In this document: positions 35,969-45,537 of the stretch, piece after piece | Numbering within the stretch: position 1 is the stretch's first letter | Layout of the letters: the number at the start of each line of letters is the position of its first letter | Source: Alphaproteobacteria bacterium | GTDB lineage: Bacteria; Pseudomonadota; Alphaproteobacteria; Rickettsiales; UBA3002 | Assembly: GCA_031402515.1 (NCBI GenBank) | Contig: JANNSK010000097.1 | Location: forward strand, 7,429 to 71,428 | Reading direction: 5' to 3' | DNA: 64,000 nt | Program-made: the position numbers and the translations under genes | The notes under the pieces: model-generated | The model's database searches: none | What the model saw: the letters and a program-made list of their open reading frames with translations, nothing else | What the model was told of the DNA's origin: nothing

Positions 35969-37158
35969 CAGGCCACCCTCTTCTTGTGCGCGTCGATCAT
36001 TTCGACGAAGCGCTTGAACATATAGTGCGAATCATGCGGGCCGGGGGAGGCTTCGGGGTGGCCTTGCACCGAAAACACCGGCGCGGATTTCATTTCGATG
36101 CCTTGGATGGTGCCATCGAACAGCGAACGGTGGGTGACTTCGATTTCTGCAGGCAATCCCGAATCGCTAATGGCGAAGCCATGATTCTGCGAGGTGATAG
36201 ACACCTTACCCGTACGCAAATCCTTCACCGGATGGTTAGCGCCGCGATGGCCCTGTTTCATTTTCTCGGTTTTGGCATTGAGTGCGATGCCCAGCATCTG
36301 GTGGCCGAGGCATATGCCGAATAGCGGGATGCCCGAGGCGATTAGTTTTTTAATGACAGGCACTGCGTATGTACCCGTCGCCGCCGGATCGCCGGGCCCG
36401 TTGGATAAAAATATGCCGTCGGGCTTCAGCGCTAACACATCCTCGGCGCTCGTAGTGGCAGGCACCACGGTGATGCGGCAACCGGCTGAGGCAATGCAGC
36501 GCAGGATGTTCAGCTTCACGCCGTAATCGATGGCTACCACATGGTAAGAGGTGGCAGGTGGCAGGTGGCAGGTGGCAAGCGAGTCATAGCCTTTGCCAAG
36601 CTTCCACTTGGTCTGATCCCAGATGTGGGATTTCTTGGTGGTGACCGTGGCCGCCAATTCCAGTCCAGCCATATTGGGCGCCGCGGCCAGCCGCTGCTTC
36701 GCCTGTTCGCTTGCCACCTGCCACTTGCCACCTGCCACATAAGCAATCGCCGCATTCTGCGCACCCTTGGTGCGGATATGTCGGGTCAGTGCGCGCGTAT
36801 CGACACCGGTAATGCCGGTGAGTTTGTTTTTCTTCAGCCATGCATCGAGATGCAAAGTAGAGCGGAAATTCGATGGGTCGGTAATCGCCTCGCGAAGGAC
36901 AAGACCCGCTACGACGGGTGTCGCGGATTCGATATCCTCGTCGTTGGTGCCTACATTGCCAATATGGGGGAAGGTGAAGGTGATAATCTGGCCGCAATAG
37001 GAGGGATCAGTGAGCACTTCCTGGTAGCCGGTCATCGCGGTATTAAAACAGATTTCACCAGAGGTGGCACCTTCATGCCCGATGCCATATCCGGAAAACA
37101 CCGCCCCGTCCGCGAGTACCAGCGCGGCGTTCGGGGGTTTTACCAGCGACACGACCAT
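35968..37158 (-). CDS. carA: carbamoyl-phosphate synthase small subunit (glutaminase)
   Basis: CarA N-terminal domain followed by a class-I GATase (GICLGHQ, HRG.NHPV, QGHPE). The stop overlaps the carB start. Confidence 0.95.
   Translation of the reverse strand: MVVSLVKPPNAALVLADGAVFSGYGIGHEGATSGEICFNTAMTGYQEVLTDPSYCGQIITFTFPHIGNVGTNDEDIESATPVVAGLVLREAITDPSNFRSTLHLDAWLKKNKLTGITGVDTRALTRHIRTKGAQNAAIAYVAGGKWQVASEQAKQRLAAAPNMAGLELAATVTTKKSHIWDQTKWKLGKGYDSLATCHLPPATSYHVVAIDYGVKLNILRCIASAGCRITVVPATTSAEDVLALKPDGIFLSNGPGDPAATGTYAVPVIKKLIASGIPLFGICLGHQMLGIALNAKTEKMKQGHRGANHPVKDLRTGKVSITSQNHGFAISDSGLPAEIEVTHRSLFDGTIQGIEMKSAPVFSVQGHPEASPGPHDSHYMFKRFVEMIDAHKKRVA
36548..36738. repeat. inverted heptamer arrays (unit GTGGCAG) inside carA, arms 128 nt apart
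   Basis: gaggtggcaggtggcaggtggcaggtggcaagc (36548-36580) and gcttgccacctgccacttgccacctgccac (36709-36738). Confidence 0.9.
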
Positions 37159-37252
37159 CTAATTTCCACCTTTCAGGCAAACGCGGGAGATTTACGCACC
37201 CACGCCGCGCTAGTCAAGGAGTAATGTCAGAACGCCTGTGCCGTCTTCTTAG

Positions 37253-37272
37253 CTCCCCCCTCAAGTGGGGAG
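37253..37272. repeat. single CTCCCC...GGGGAG hairpin module between pilin-like gene 1 and carA
   Basis: ctcccccctcaagtggggag. Confidence 0.6.
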
Positions 37273-37286
37273 TTAAAGAAAGTGCG

Positions 37287-38072
37287 TTAAAACGCCTTCC
37301 TGAAATACAGCGCGCACTGGCTGGTCTGGTCGGTCGTGCGGTAGCTGGCGGCGAGATCATCATCGGCGGAGCCCGCATCATCAGCCGAGGCGCAGGCATC
37401 GTCCCAGAAACGAGCGATGACGGAACCCGAGGCGGGCTTGCCGTCATCCAGTTTGGAGTCGAGATCGTATGCATCCTGTGGCGAGATGGCGGCGGCATGG
37501 GTGAGGTCGTTCGTCGTTTTATGGCCGATGACAAGATAATTGCCGTAATCCAGTGCATAGGCTGACGCATCGCCCGCGAAATCCGGCGCCAGCCAACTCA
37601 CTGACCAGCCAGCCCCGCTGAGTTTGGAATCCGGCACGTTGGTGCCAATCATGCTGTCGTAGGCACCGCCTGCGCCCGCAAGGCCCGTGAAATAGCCGCC
37701 GATAAAATCGGCCAAACCCAGCTGTTTCCAGAATTGGTAGAGTTCCGATGTGTCGCCTGCGGCGCCCACGGTCATCATCACGTCGTTGTTGCCGTTGCAA
37801 GTGCCGGGGCTGCCGTTGGTGATAGCAGCGTCGGCGCAGGTGGCGTTATCGTCGCCCCACACCGTCGTCGCATTTTTCATATCGCCGGGGAGTGCAGAGT
37901 ATTTGGCACGGAAGTTCTGAACGGCGGCGATAGTGCGTTGATGCTCGGTCGTAATGGCGCGCAACTCGCCGGAACGGATGAGCGCTGCGCCGCCCACTAT
38001 CCCGCCCACGATGAGGCCGATGATGACGAGCACAATGGCGAGTTCGACAAGGGTGAATGCTAAGCGAGCCAT
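37287..38072 (-). CDS. type IV pilin-like protein (prepilin-type N-terminal cleavage/methylation domain), paralogue 1
   Basis: MARLA|FTLVELAIVLVIIGLIVGG and a C-terminal Cys pair. It is a paralogue of 59116-59874 (shared LPGDMKNAT..WG, NVP...GAG, D.KLD.G.P.SG). Confidence 0.75.
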   Translation of the reverse strand: MARLAFTLVELAIVLVIIGLIVGGIVGGAALIRSGELRAITTEHQRTIAAVQNFRAKYSALPGDMKNATTVWGDDNATCADAAITNGSPGTCNGNNDVMMTVGAAGDTSELYQFWKQLGLADFIGGYFTGLAGAGGAYDSMIGTNVPDSKLSGAGWSVSWLAPDFAGDASAYALDYGNYLVIGHKTTNDLTHAAAISPQDAYDLDSKLDDGKPASGSVIARFWDDACASADDAGSADDDLAASYRTTDQTSQCALYFRKAF

Positions 38073-38073
38073 A

Positions 38074-38153
38074 AGCCCACAGCCTACAGCCCACAGCACT
38101 TCCGAGCAAGCGTCTCGGCCAAGCTAAAAGCTGTAGGCTGTTAGCTGTTGGCT
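38074..38153. repeat. inverted heptamer-array hairpin, unit GCCYACA/GCTGTWG
   Basis: agcccacagcctacagcccacagc ... aagctgtaggctgttagctgttggct. It lies between the phaZ stop and the pilin-like start. Confidence 0.9.
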
Positions 38154-39414
38154 AATCGTGATTACGAATCCATCCCGTAATCACCGGGCGCACGAGCTCG
38201 CGGTATTTGCGGCCGTTGAAAATCCCGTAATGGCCGACATCTTTCTGCAGGTGGTATTTCTTTTTGTCCGGCGCAAGGCTGGTGGCAATATCAACCGCCG
38301 CCTTGGTTTGGCCGACGCCGGAGATGTCATCAAGCTCACCCTCGATGGCGAGAATGGCCGTCTTGGTGATGGCTTTGGGATTCACTCGCTGCTCGTAGTG
38401 GTAAAGTGTGCCCTCGGGCAACGCGTGTTTGTGGAATACTTCCTCGATGGTTTGTAGGTAGAATTCCGCAGGCAAATCAGCCACCGAGAGATATTCGTTA
38501 TAGAAGGTACGGTGGGAGGCGGCGCCGTCGCCGTCGCCCTGCACGAGATGCTGGAACAGCTTCACATGCTCGCCCACATGGCGCTCGAGATTCATGCTCA
38601 TGAAGCCAGTGAGCTGCAAAAAGCCCGGATAGACCCGGCGCATGAAGCCCGGATAGTTGAGCGGTACGCGGGTGACCACGTTGGCCTCGTACCACTCAAT
38701 TGGGTGCTCCTTGGCAAAGGTATTTACCTTCGTGGGCGCCTTGCGCGTATCGACCGGTCCGCCGATCAGCGTCATCGTTGCCGGCGCGCACGGATCCTTC
38801 ATTTCGTTCATCAAGGCCACGGCCGCCATCACCGGCACCGATGGCTGGCATACGCCCATCACATGGGCGTTAGGCCCGATATGGCGCAGGAAATCCATCA
38901 CATAGTCGATGTAGGTATTGAGGTCGAACTCACCTTTATAAAGCGGCACTTCGCGCCCATCGATCCAGTCGGTGATGTAAACATCGTGATGTGGGATCAG
39001 CGCTTCCACCGTGCCGCGCAGCAGTGTTGCATGGTGGCCGGACATGGGGGCGACGATTAAAAGTTTTTCGTTATTTTCTTTTTGTTTTCCGCTGCGGGCA
39101 AAGTGGCGAAGGTTACAGAAGGGTTTGTTCAACACCACTTCGTCCCACACATCGACATGCTTGCCGTCGATTTTCGTGTGTTTGATGCCGAATTCAGGTT
39201 TGGGATAGGATTGCGTCAGCCGCTCGACGAGCTCGCCCGCCGCTGCGATATGCCTACCGAGGCCGGTATAGGACATCGGGTGCATGGGGTTCGAAAACAT
39301 ATGTTTGGCGGCATTCGCCATCATGCGCACCGGAGCCATGCCCGCGTGATGCATCTCTTTCAGCGAGTAAAGACCACTATTTTCAAAATACGCCATTATT
39401 TCCTGCCTACTCAT
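38152..39414 (-). CDS. phaZ: intracellular polyhydroxyalkanoate depolymerase
   Basis: 420 aa with PhaZ-type sequence (KPEFGI..T.IDGK.V.V.EEVV...PFC.L.HF, LLIVAPMSGH.ATLLR, GVCQP). Confidence 0.85.
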   Translation of the reverse strand: MSRQEIMAYFENSGLYSLKEMHHAGMAPVRMMANAAKHMFSNPMHPMSYTGLGRHIAAAGELVERLTQSYPKPEFGIKHTKIDGKHVDVWDEVVLNKPFCNLRHFARSGKQKENNEKLLIVAPMSGHHATLLRGTVEALIPHHDVYITDWIDGREVPLYKGEFDLNTYIDYVMDFLRHIGPNAHVMGVCQPSVPVMAAVALMNEMKDPCAPATMTLIGGPVDTRKAPTKVNTFAKEHPIEWYEANVVTRVPLNYPGFMRRVYPGFLQLTGFMSMNLERHVGEHVKLFQHLVQGDGDGAASHRTFYNEYLSVADLPAEFYLQTIEEVFHKHALPEGTLYHYEQRVNPKAITKTAILAIEGELDDISGVGQTKAAVDIATSLAPDKKKYHLQKDVGHYGIFNGRKYRELVRPVITGWIRNHD

Positions 39415-39542
39415 GGACCCCCCATTGCGGAAGGCCGGATCGCCTAAGCCCCAGAATACACGAGAAGGTTGAATAAACCGTTAAGGGGACAAAATCCCTA
39501 GCCATGGTGTTCATAATAGCTAACTACCACAAGCCATGGATG

Positions 39543-39553
39543 GTGCAAAGCAC
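39543..39553. promoter_or_regulatory. GTGC-N3-GCAC palindrome upstream of phaZ (PhaR-operator-like)
   Basis: GTGCAAAGCAC, about 130 nt upstream of the phaZ start. Confidence 0.35.
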
Positions 39554-39596
39554 AATCGCCAATATCTCCCATAGTTAATGGGCCGGGAAGACCAGG

Positions 39597-41264
39597 CTAG
39601 GCCGAGCGTTTTTCTTTATCCCTGATTTTACCGAGCTCTTCGCCGACGCGCTTCAAGGGGACGCTGGCGTCGTTGCGCGGCAGCATGACCTCAATCAGCG
39701 TCAGCGAGTCGGAGGCGACGGCTTTTTTGATTGCCACCTCCAATTCGCCGTTGGTTTTCACTTTATACGCCGTGCCACGGCCCAGCATATCGACCAGCTT
39801 GGTGTAATTCCATTGCAGGATTTCGTTGAACGGCCCGTCGAGAATATAGCGCTGGGTGCCGTAACCGTCGTTATTGAGCACGAACACGATGGGGTTCATG
39901 CCGAATTTGCCGGCGGTCGAGAGTTCGATACCGGTCATCTGGAAGGCGCCGTCGCCGACAATGGCGAATACGCGGTTGCCCGGTTGCGCCGCCATGGCGC
40001 CGATGGCGGCGGGTACGGCAAAGCCCATCGACAGGTAATAAGCGTCGGCCAGAAAGTTGCTGGGTTTTTTCGTGCGTAATTGCATGGCACCGAACAGCGC
40101 GTCGCCGGTGTCGCTGATGATGGTGTCGTTCTCGCCGACATTGAGGCCGAGGATGCGGAAGAAATTCGCCATCGACAAATCGTCGGATTTTTCTGATTCG
40201 GAAAGTGGCTTGGGCTCCGGCGCCGGTGCGGGCAGCTTGCCCAGCGTGTGCGGCTTGATGTCCGCCTTGCGCAATTGCTCGAGGAATTCCTTGAGCACGA
40301 CATGGTCGTACGTGCGGTAACCAATTTGCATTTTCTCGGTGGTGGTCATGATGGTGCGTTTGCGGCTCAAGCGCTCCGCCGTGCCCATGAAGCCGAACCA
40401 GACATCGGTGATAAACGCGCCGAGCATGATGAGACAATCCGACTCCTCGACATATTTCTGTACCGACGGCTCCGATAGTGGGCCCGAATACACCCCAATG
40501 AATAGCGGGTGGGTTTCGCTGATGATGGATTTGGAAAGCAACGTCGATGCCATCGGGATATTGAACTTGGTGGCGATTTCGACTGCCAAATCGGTCAGCC
40601 CATGCCGATGTAGTTCAATGTCGGCGATGATGACCGGCTGTTTGGCTTTTCTGATGACTTCCACCGCATCCTCGAGCATGGCGGCGAGATTCTCCGCGTC
40701 GGATGTTACCGGCGGACGATTGACTGCTTTGGGCACGGTGATTTCCATATCGACCACATCGAACGGCACTTCGATATAGCCGGGGCGCGAATGCTCGAGC
40801 ACCGCATCGACCACGCGCATGATCTCCTGCGCCGCCGTTTCCGGATCGAGCAGCACGGCGGTGGCGACGGTGACTTCCTCGTAAATGCGCCGTTGGGTGT
40901 CGAAGGTGCGAACCTTGTGGTGCATCAGCACGTCTTTCTTACGGTCGAGCGGCGAGGGGCCGCCGGAGATGACGAGCATTGGCGATTTTTCCGCATAGGC
41001 GCAGGCGACGGGGTTCAGCATGTTAAGCCCGCCCACGCAGTAGGTGACCATGGCCACACCCAGTCCGTTGATGCGCGCATAGGCGTCAGCAGCAAAGCCG
41101 ACGGAGGGCTCGTGGGTGAGCGTAATGATTTTGAGTTTGGATTTCTGCAGCCAGCGAAAGGTCGGCAGCGCGAAGTCGCCCGGCAAGCCGAACACATGCG
41201 TCACGCCCTTGGCGGCGAGATAATCGAACAGGAAGGAACCGACGGTTGGAATCTCTTTACTCAT
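39597..41264 (-). CDS. TPP-dependent alpha-keto-acid decarboxylase (indolepyruvate/phenylpyruvate decarboxylase-like)
   Basis: 555 aa with an N-terminal TPP-pyrimidine domain (VG.FL...L...GV.H.FG.PGD) and a C-terminal GDGAFQMT TPP-binding motif. Confidence 0.75.
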   Translation of the reverse strand: MSKEIPTVGSFLFDYLAAKGVTHVFGLPGDFALPTFRWLQKSKLKIITLTHEPSVGFAADAYARINGLGVAMVTYCVGGLNMLNPVACAYAEKSPMLVISGGPSPLDRKKDVLMHHKVRTFDTQRRIYEEVTVATAVLLDPETAAQEIMRVVDAVLEHSRPGYIEVPFDVVDMEITVPKAVNRPPVTSDAENLAAMLEDAVEVIRKAKQPVIIADIELHRHGLTDLAVEIATKFNIPMASTLLSKSIISETHPLFIGVYSGPLSEPSVQKYVEESDCLIMLGAFITDVWFGFMGTAERLSRKRTIMTTTEKMQIGYRTYDHVVLKEFLEQLRKADIKPHTLGKLPAPAPEPKPLSESEKSDDLSMANFFRILGLNVGENDTIISDTGDALFGAMQLRTKKPSNFLADAYYLSMGFAVPAAIGAMAAQPGNRVFAIVGDGAFQMTGIELSTAGKFGMNPIVFVLNNDGYGTQRYILDGPFNEILQWNYTKLVDMLGRGTAYKVKTNGELEVAIKKAVASDSLTLIEVMLPRNDASVPLKRVGEELGKIRDKEKRSA

Positions 41265-41295
41265 GTGCGGCTAATAGCCTGAGTACTCACCGACT

Positions 41296-43332
41296 TCAAG
41301 CCCGTTTCTGCTTATTTGGCTTTGGTTTGTGCGGTGCGGGAGCGCCGCCGCCGGGCAGTTCCATTAATAGTTTCTCGGCGCGGTGGATGTCGTCGCGCAA
41401 GCGTGCGGCCTCCTCGAATTCCAAATCATCGGCGGCTTTGAGCATGGCTTTGCGCAGGCGCTCGATATGTTTATCGAGTGAGTCATCCGTAAACTCGGCG
41501 AAGGATGCATCGCTTGCGGTCCGGATGGATTTCACCTGCTCGATTTCCATTTGCGAGAGTTTGGCTTTCACCGATTGCGGCGTGATGCCGTGCTTTTCGT
41601 TATAGGCTTGCTGGATGGCGCGCCTACGGTCGGTCTCGGCGAGCGCGCCTTTGATCGAATCGGTCATTTTATCGGCATAGAGAATAACTTTGGAATCCAC
41701 GTTGCGCGCGGCGCGGCCGATGGTTTGAATCAGCGCGGTTTTGCTGCGCAGGAAACCTTCCTTGTCGGCATCCAGAATCGCCATCAACCCGCATTCGGGA
41801 ATATCGAGACCCTCGCGCAGCAGGTTGACGCCAATCAGCACGTCGAACGTGCCGAGCCTAAGATCGCGGATAATCTGCACGCGCTCCAGCGTGTCGATAT
41901 CCGAATGCAGGTAACGGACTTTAATCCCCGCCTCGTCCATATATTCAGCGAGCTCTTCCGCCATGCGTTTGGTCAGCGTGGTGACCAGCGTGCGCTGGTT
42001 GCGCTTCAAGGTGATGTGGACTTCGGCGAGCAAATCATCCACCTGCGTGGTCACTGGCCGAATGAAGCAAGGTGGATCGACAAGGAAGGTGGGGCGAATG
42101 ACTTGTTCGGCATAAAGCCCGTTCGTCCAGCCGAGTTCAAGCGCGCCGGGTGTGGCGGAAACAAACACCGAAAGCGGGCGTAGCCCGTCCCACTCCTCGA
42201 ATTTAAGCGGGCGATTATCGAGCGCAGCGGGCAGACGAAAACCGTAATCGGCGAGGGTTTTTTTGCGCGAATAGTCACCTTTATACATGCCGCGCAGTTG
42301 CGGCAGGGTGACGTGCGATTCGTCGACGAAAAGGATGGCATCCTTGGGCACATATTGAAAGAGGGTCGGAGGAGGATCGCCCGCTCGGCCTCCGGACAAA
42401 TAGCGCGAATAATTCTCGATACCTTTGCACATGCCGGTTTCGACCAGCATTTCGAGATCGTACGAGGTGCGCTGCATGAGGCGCTGTGACTCGAGCAATT
42501 TACCCGTCCGTTCGAACCATGCCACGCGCTCTTTGAGGTCGATTTTGATTTGCTTGATCGCCTGTTCTATCGTCGGTTTCGGCGTTACGTAATGGCTGTT
42601 GGCGTAGATGGTGACGGCATCGAAATACTGGCCTTTCTCGCCAGTGAGTGGATCAAATTCATAGATGGTTTCGATCTCATCGCCGAAGAAACCCAAACGC
42701 CAGGCGCGGTCCTCCATGTGGGCGGGGAAGATATCAACATTGTCGCCCGCGGCGCGGAAGCTGCCGCGCACAAAGCCGATATCGTTGCGTTTGTAGTGAA
42801 GTTCAGTGAGGGTTTTGAGCAGCCCTTGGCGCGCCATACTCTCGCCCTTGCGGAGGGTTTTGGTCATCGCCATGTAGGTTTCGACCGAACCGATACCGTA
42901 GATGCAGGAGACGGAGGCGACGACAATCACATCGCGCCGCTCGAGCAGCGAACGGGTGGCGGAATGGCGCATACGATCGATCTGTTCGTTGATCGCCGAG
43001 TCTTTCTCGATGAATGTGTCGGTTTTGGCGACATAGGCTTCCGGTTGGTAATAATCGTAATAGGAAACGAAATACTCGACCGCGTTATCCGGAAAAAAAT
43101 GCTGCATCTCGCTGTATAGCTGCGCAGCCAAGGTTTTGTTATGCGCCAGTATCAGCGCCGGGCGCTGGGTGATGTCAATCACCTGCGCCATCGTGTAGGT
43201 TTTTCCCGAGCCGGTAACGCCGAGCAGCACCTGATTCTTTTGATGGGCCCCGATGCCCTTCACCAATTGCGCGATTGCCTCAGGCTGGTCGCCAGCCGGT
43301 TGGTAGTCGGAAGTGAGTTTGAATCTTGACAT
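41296..43332 (-). CDS. uvrB: excinuclease ABC subunit B
   Basis: [29 protein letters not shown], helicase motifs and a C-terminal UVR domain. The ORF-track start at 43461 runs through a repeat. Confidence 0.95.
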   Translation of the reverse strand: MSRFKLTSDYQPAGDQPEAIAQLVKGIGAHQKNQVLLGVTGSGKTYTMAQVIDITQRPALILAHNKTLAAQLYSEMQHFFPDNAVEYFVSYYDYYQPEAYVAKTDTFIEKDSAINEQIDRMRHSATRSLLERRDVIVVASVSCIYGIGSVETYMAMTKTLRKGESMARQGLLKTLTELHYKRNDIGFVRGSFRAAGDNVDIFPAHMEDRAWRLGFFGDEIETIYEFDPLTGEKGQYFDAVTIYANSHYVTPKPTIEQAIKQIKIDLKERVAWFERTGKLLESQRLMQRTSYDLEMLVETGMCKGIENYSRYLSGGRAGDPPPTLFQYVPKDAILFVDESHVTLPQLRGMYKGDYSRKKTLADYGFRLPAALDNRPLKFEEWDGLRPLSVFVSATPGALELGWTNGLYAEQVIRPTFLVDPPCFIRPVTTQVDDLLAEVHITLKRNQRTLVTTLTKRMAEELAEYMDEAGIKVRYLHSDIDTLERVQIIRDLRLGTFDVLIGVNLLREGLDIPECGLMAILDADKEGFLRSKTALIQTIGRAARNVDSKVILYADKMTDSIKGALAETDRRRAIQQAYNEKHGITPQSVKAKLSQMEIEQVKSIRTASDASFAEFTDDSLDKHIERLRKAMLKAADDLEFEEAARLRDDIHRAEKLLMELPGGGAPAPHKPKPNKQKRA

Positions 43333-43381
43333 CCGGCCTATATAGCGCAGACCACGCGTATTCTGCAATGTATGGGTACGC

Positions 43382-43459
43382 CGCGTAGCTGCGATCAGCA
43401 GCGAGCCTTTAGAGGGGGAACGGAGTGGGGGCGGGACGCCCCCTGCGCGCTTGCGCGCC
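43382..43459. repeat. GC-rich repeat, family B
   Basis: cgcgtagctgcgatcagcagcgagcctttagagggggaacggagtgggggcg... It lies just upstream of the uvrB start. Confidence 0.85.
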
Positions 43460-43466
43460 AAACAAA

Positions 43467-44414
43467 TTACTTCCCGGTCACCGGCCCGCCGCTATGGACG
43501 AAGCTGACGATGGCAGGGCCGAGGACGATGAGAAGGAACGCCGGCATCAGCAGGAAGATCAGGGGGATGGTGAGCAGCACCGGCAGGCGAGCCGCTTTGG
43601 CTTCGGCATGCGATAAACGCTGCAAGCGGAAATCTTCGGACAGGACACGCAGCGTGTCGGTGAGTGAAGTGCCAAAGCGCTCGGACTGAATGAGTGCGGC
43701 GACCAGCGAGCGGAAGGCGACCATGTTGGTACGCTCGCCCAGGTTCATCAGGGCGCGCACGCGGTCGTTAATGAGGGCGAGCTCAAGCCGTGTGCGGTTA
43801 AGCTCGGCGGTCATTTCAGGATAAGCGCGGCCAAGTTCGGTGCAGACGCGGTTGAGCGCCGCATCGAGAGCAAGGCCCGATTCCACGCAGATCAGCAGCA
43901 AGTCGAGCGTATCGGGAAAGGCGCGTTGCAGCAGCTTAGCGCGGTGATCGACCCGGTTTTTCAGCCACAGATGTGGGCCACACAGCGCGGCAGCACCCAC
44001 AAACACGCCGCAGGCCTTATGGAACATAGCTTGTTCTGAATTGCTGCTCATCAGCAGCACAAGCGCGATGAAGAACAGGAAAATAGAAGCAATGCGCTGG
44101 AAGAACAGATATTGGATTGGGGCGTCGGGCGAGTTGATGCCAGCCTGGCCGAATTTCGGCTCGAGTTTACGCACCGCCTCGTCGACATTCACCCCGAGCA
44201 GCTTGAGCAGGCGGCTTAGGGCCTTCACGCCAGCGCTCGGTTCGGCTTCGAGCGTTACCAGCGCTTCGGTGCTGTCGCCGCTGCGTGACGAACCATCCGG
44301 TGCGATGCGCAGTTTCAACGAAGCGCGGCGTCTCTTCTCCTCCATATAGCGGTCGAACAGCAGGTAGCTGAAGAACACCATGGCGGCGACGAGAAGTGCT
44401 GCGAGGATTTTCAT
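43467..44414 (-). CDS. tadC: Tad pilus inner-membrane platform protein TadC (T2SS-F family)
   Basis: GspF-like domain and TM topology. It is the last gene of the cpa/tad operon. Confidence 0.8.
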   Translation of the reverse strand: MKILAALLVAAMVFFSYLLFDRYMEEKRRRASLKLRIAPDGSSRSGDSTEALVTLEAEPSAGVKALSRLLKLLGVNVDEAVRKLEPKFGQAGINSPDAPIQYLFFQRIASIFLFFIALVLLMSSNSEQAMFHKACGVFVGAAALCGPHLWLKNRVDHRAKLLQRAFPDTLDLLLICVESGLALDAALNRVCTELGRAYPEMTAELNRTRLELALINDRVRALMNLGERTNMVAFRSLVAALIQSERFGTSLTDTLRVLSEDFRLQRLSHAEAKAARLPVLLTIPLIFLLMPAFLLIVLGPAIVSFVHSGGPVTGK

Positions 44415-44436
44415 GGTAACACCCGCAGCAAGCCAT

Positions 44437-44518
44437 GAGCCGACAGCCTGTAGCCGACAGCTTTAGAAACAATGCAGATGGTTAAAAGCTCTAGGCTGTA
44501 GGCTGTAAGCTGTAGGCC
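44437..44518. repeat. inverted heptamer-array hairpin, unit GCCGACA/GCTGTAG
   Basis: gagccgacagcctgtagccgacagcttt ... aaagctctaggctgtaggctgtaagctgtaggcc. It lies between tadB and tadC inside the operon. Confidence 0.9.
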
Positions 44519-44520
44519 CA

Positions 44521-45486
44521 TTAAATATCCACGTTGATCATTTGTTTGACCACGAAGGCGCACAGCACCACCAGCCCCACGGCGCTGGCGAAGAAAATTC
44601 TTCCCAAGGGGTCCGTCCAGAACGGTTCGAGATAGCCGCGCTGCAGGAAATAAAGCGCGGCAAACACGCCCACCGGCAGCAGGCTTAGTACCCAGGCGGT
44701 GGCACGACCTTCGGCAGTCATGGCATGAATTTTATGGCGCAGTTGCTTGCGTTTCCGAATGACGCTCGACAGGTTACCGATAATCTCAGCAAGGTTGCCG
44801 CCAGTTTCCTGCTGCACCGAAAGCACCACCACAAAAAACCGGATATCCGGCTCGTTAATGCGCGAGGCAAGGCGGGCGAGCGCCTGCGGCAGGCTGCGGC
44901 CTAGGGCGATTTCGTCCACCACCTGACGGAATTCGCCCTTCACCGGCTCCTCGACATTTTCCGCCAACATTTGCAAGGCGACCGACAGCGGAAAACCCGA
45001 ACGCACCGAGCGCACGATCATGTCGAGCGCATCGGGGAACTGGTTGATGAATTGGCGATTGCGCTTCTTCACGCGTTTCCTGCAATGGCGGTAGGGAGCA
45101 AGATACGCGACAATCGGGGCAAGGATAAATGCCAGCGGCCCCATGCCGATGTTGAGGGCGATGAGCAGGGCAAGAATAAAGACGACGCCCACCGCCATGA
45201 CGACCTTTGGAAGATCGCGTTGATAGCCCGCTTGCAATGCGGCTTCGTACAAGGGGGCAAACGGCTTAGAGCCCAAAATAGTGCGGACGAGAAGCGGTTC
45301 TTCCTTAAGCTGATCACGCATGATGGCGATCTGCTCGCTCTGTGCCTGGCGGTTTTCCTCATAGATGCGGTCCAGTGCCTGACGCACGTAATCGCCGCCA
45401 TCTTCGGGCACTGCCTTGGGAAAGAGCAGGACAAAGCCGACGTAACAGAAAACACCAACTCCGAGTGCTGCGAGTAGAATACCCAT
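44521..45486 (-). CDS. tadB: Tad pilus inner-membrane platform protein TadB (T2SS-F family)
   Basis: GspF-like domain, immediately downstream of cpaF. Confidence 0.8.
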   Translation of the reverse strand: MGILLAALGVGVFCYVGFVLLFPKAVPEDGGDYVRQALDRIYEENRQAQSEQIAIMRDQLKEEPLLVRTILGSKPFAPLYEAALQAGYQRDLPKVVMAVGVVFILALLIALNIGMGPLAFILAPIVAYLAPYRHCRKRVKKRNRQFINQFPDALDMIVRSVRSGFPLSVALQMLAENVEEPVKGEFRQVVDEIALGRSLPQALARLASRINEPDIRFFVVVLSVQQETGGNLAEIIGNLSSVIRKRKQLRHKIHAMTAEGRATAWVLSLLPVGVFAALYFLQRGYLEPFWTDPLGRIFFASAVGLVVLCAFVVKQMINVDI

Positions 45487-45537
45487 AAGGTCTCATTCGT
45501 TGCCCATCCTTCTCAGAGAGGAGGGGCCAGCGAAACC

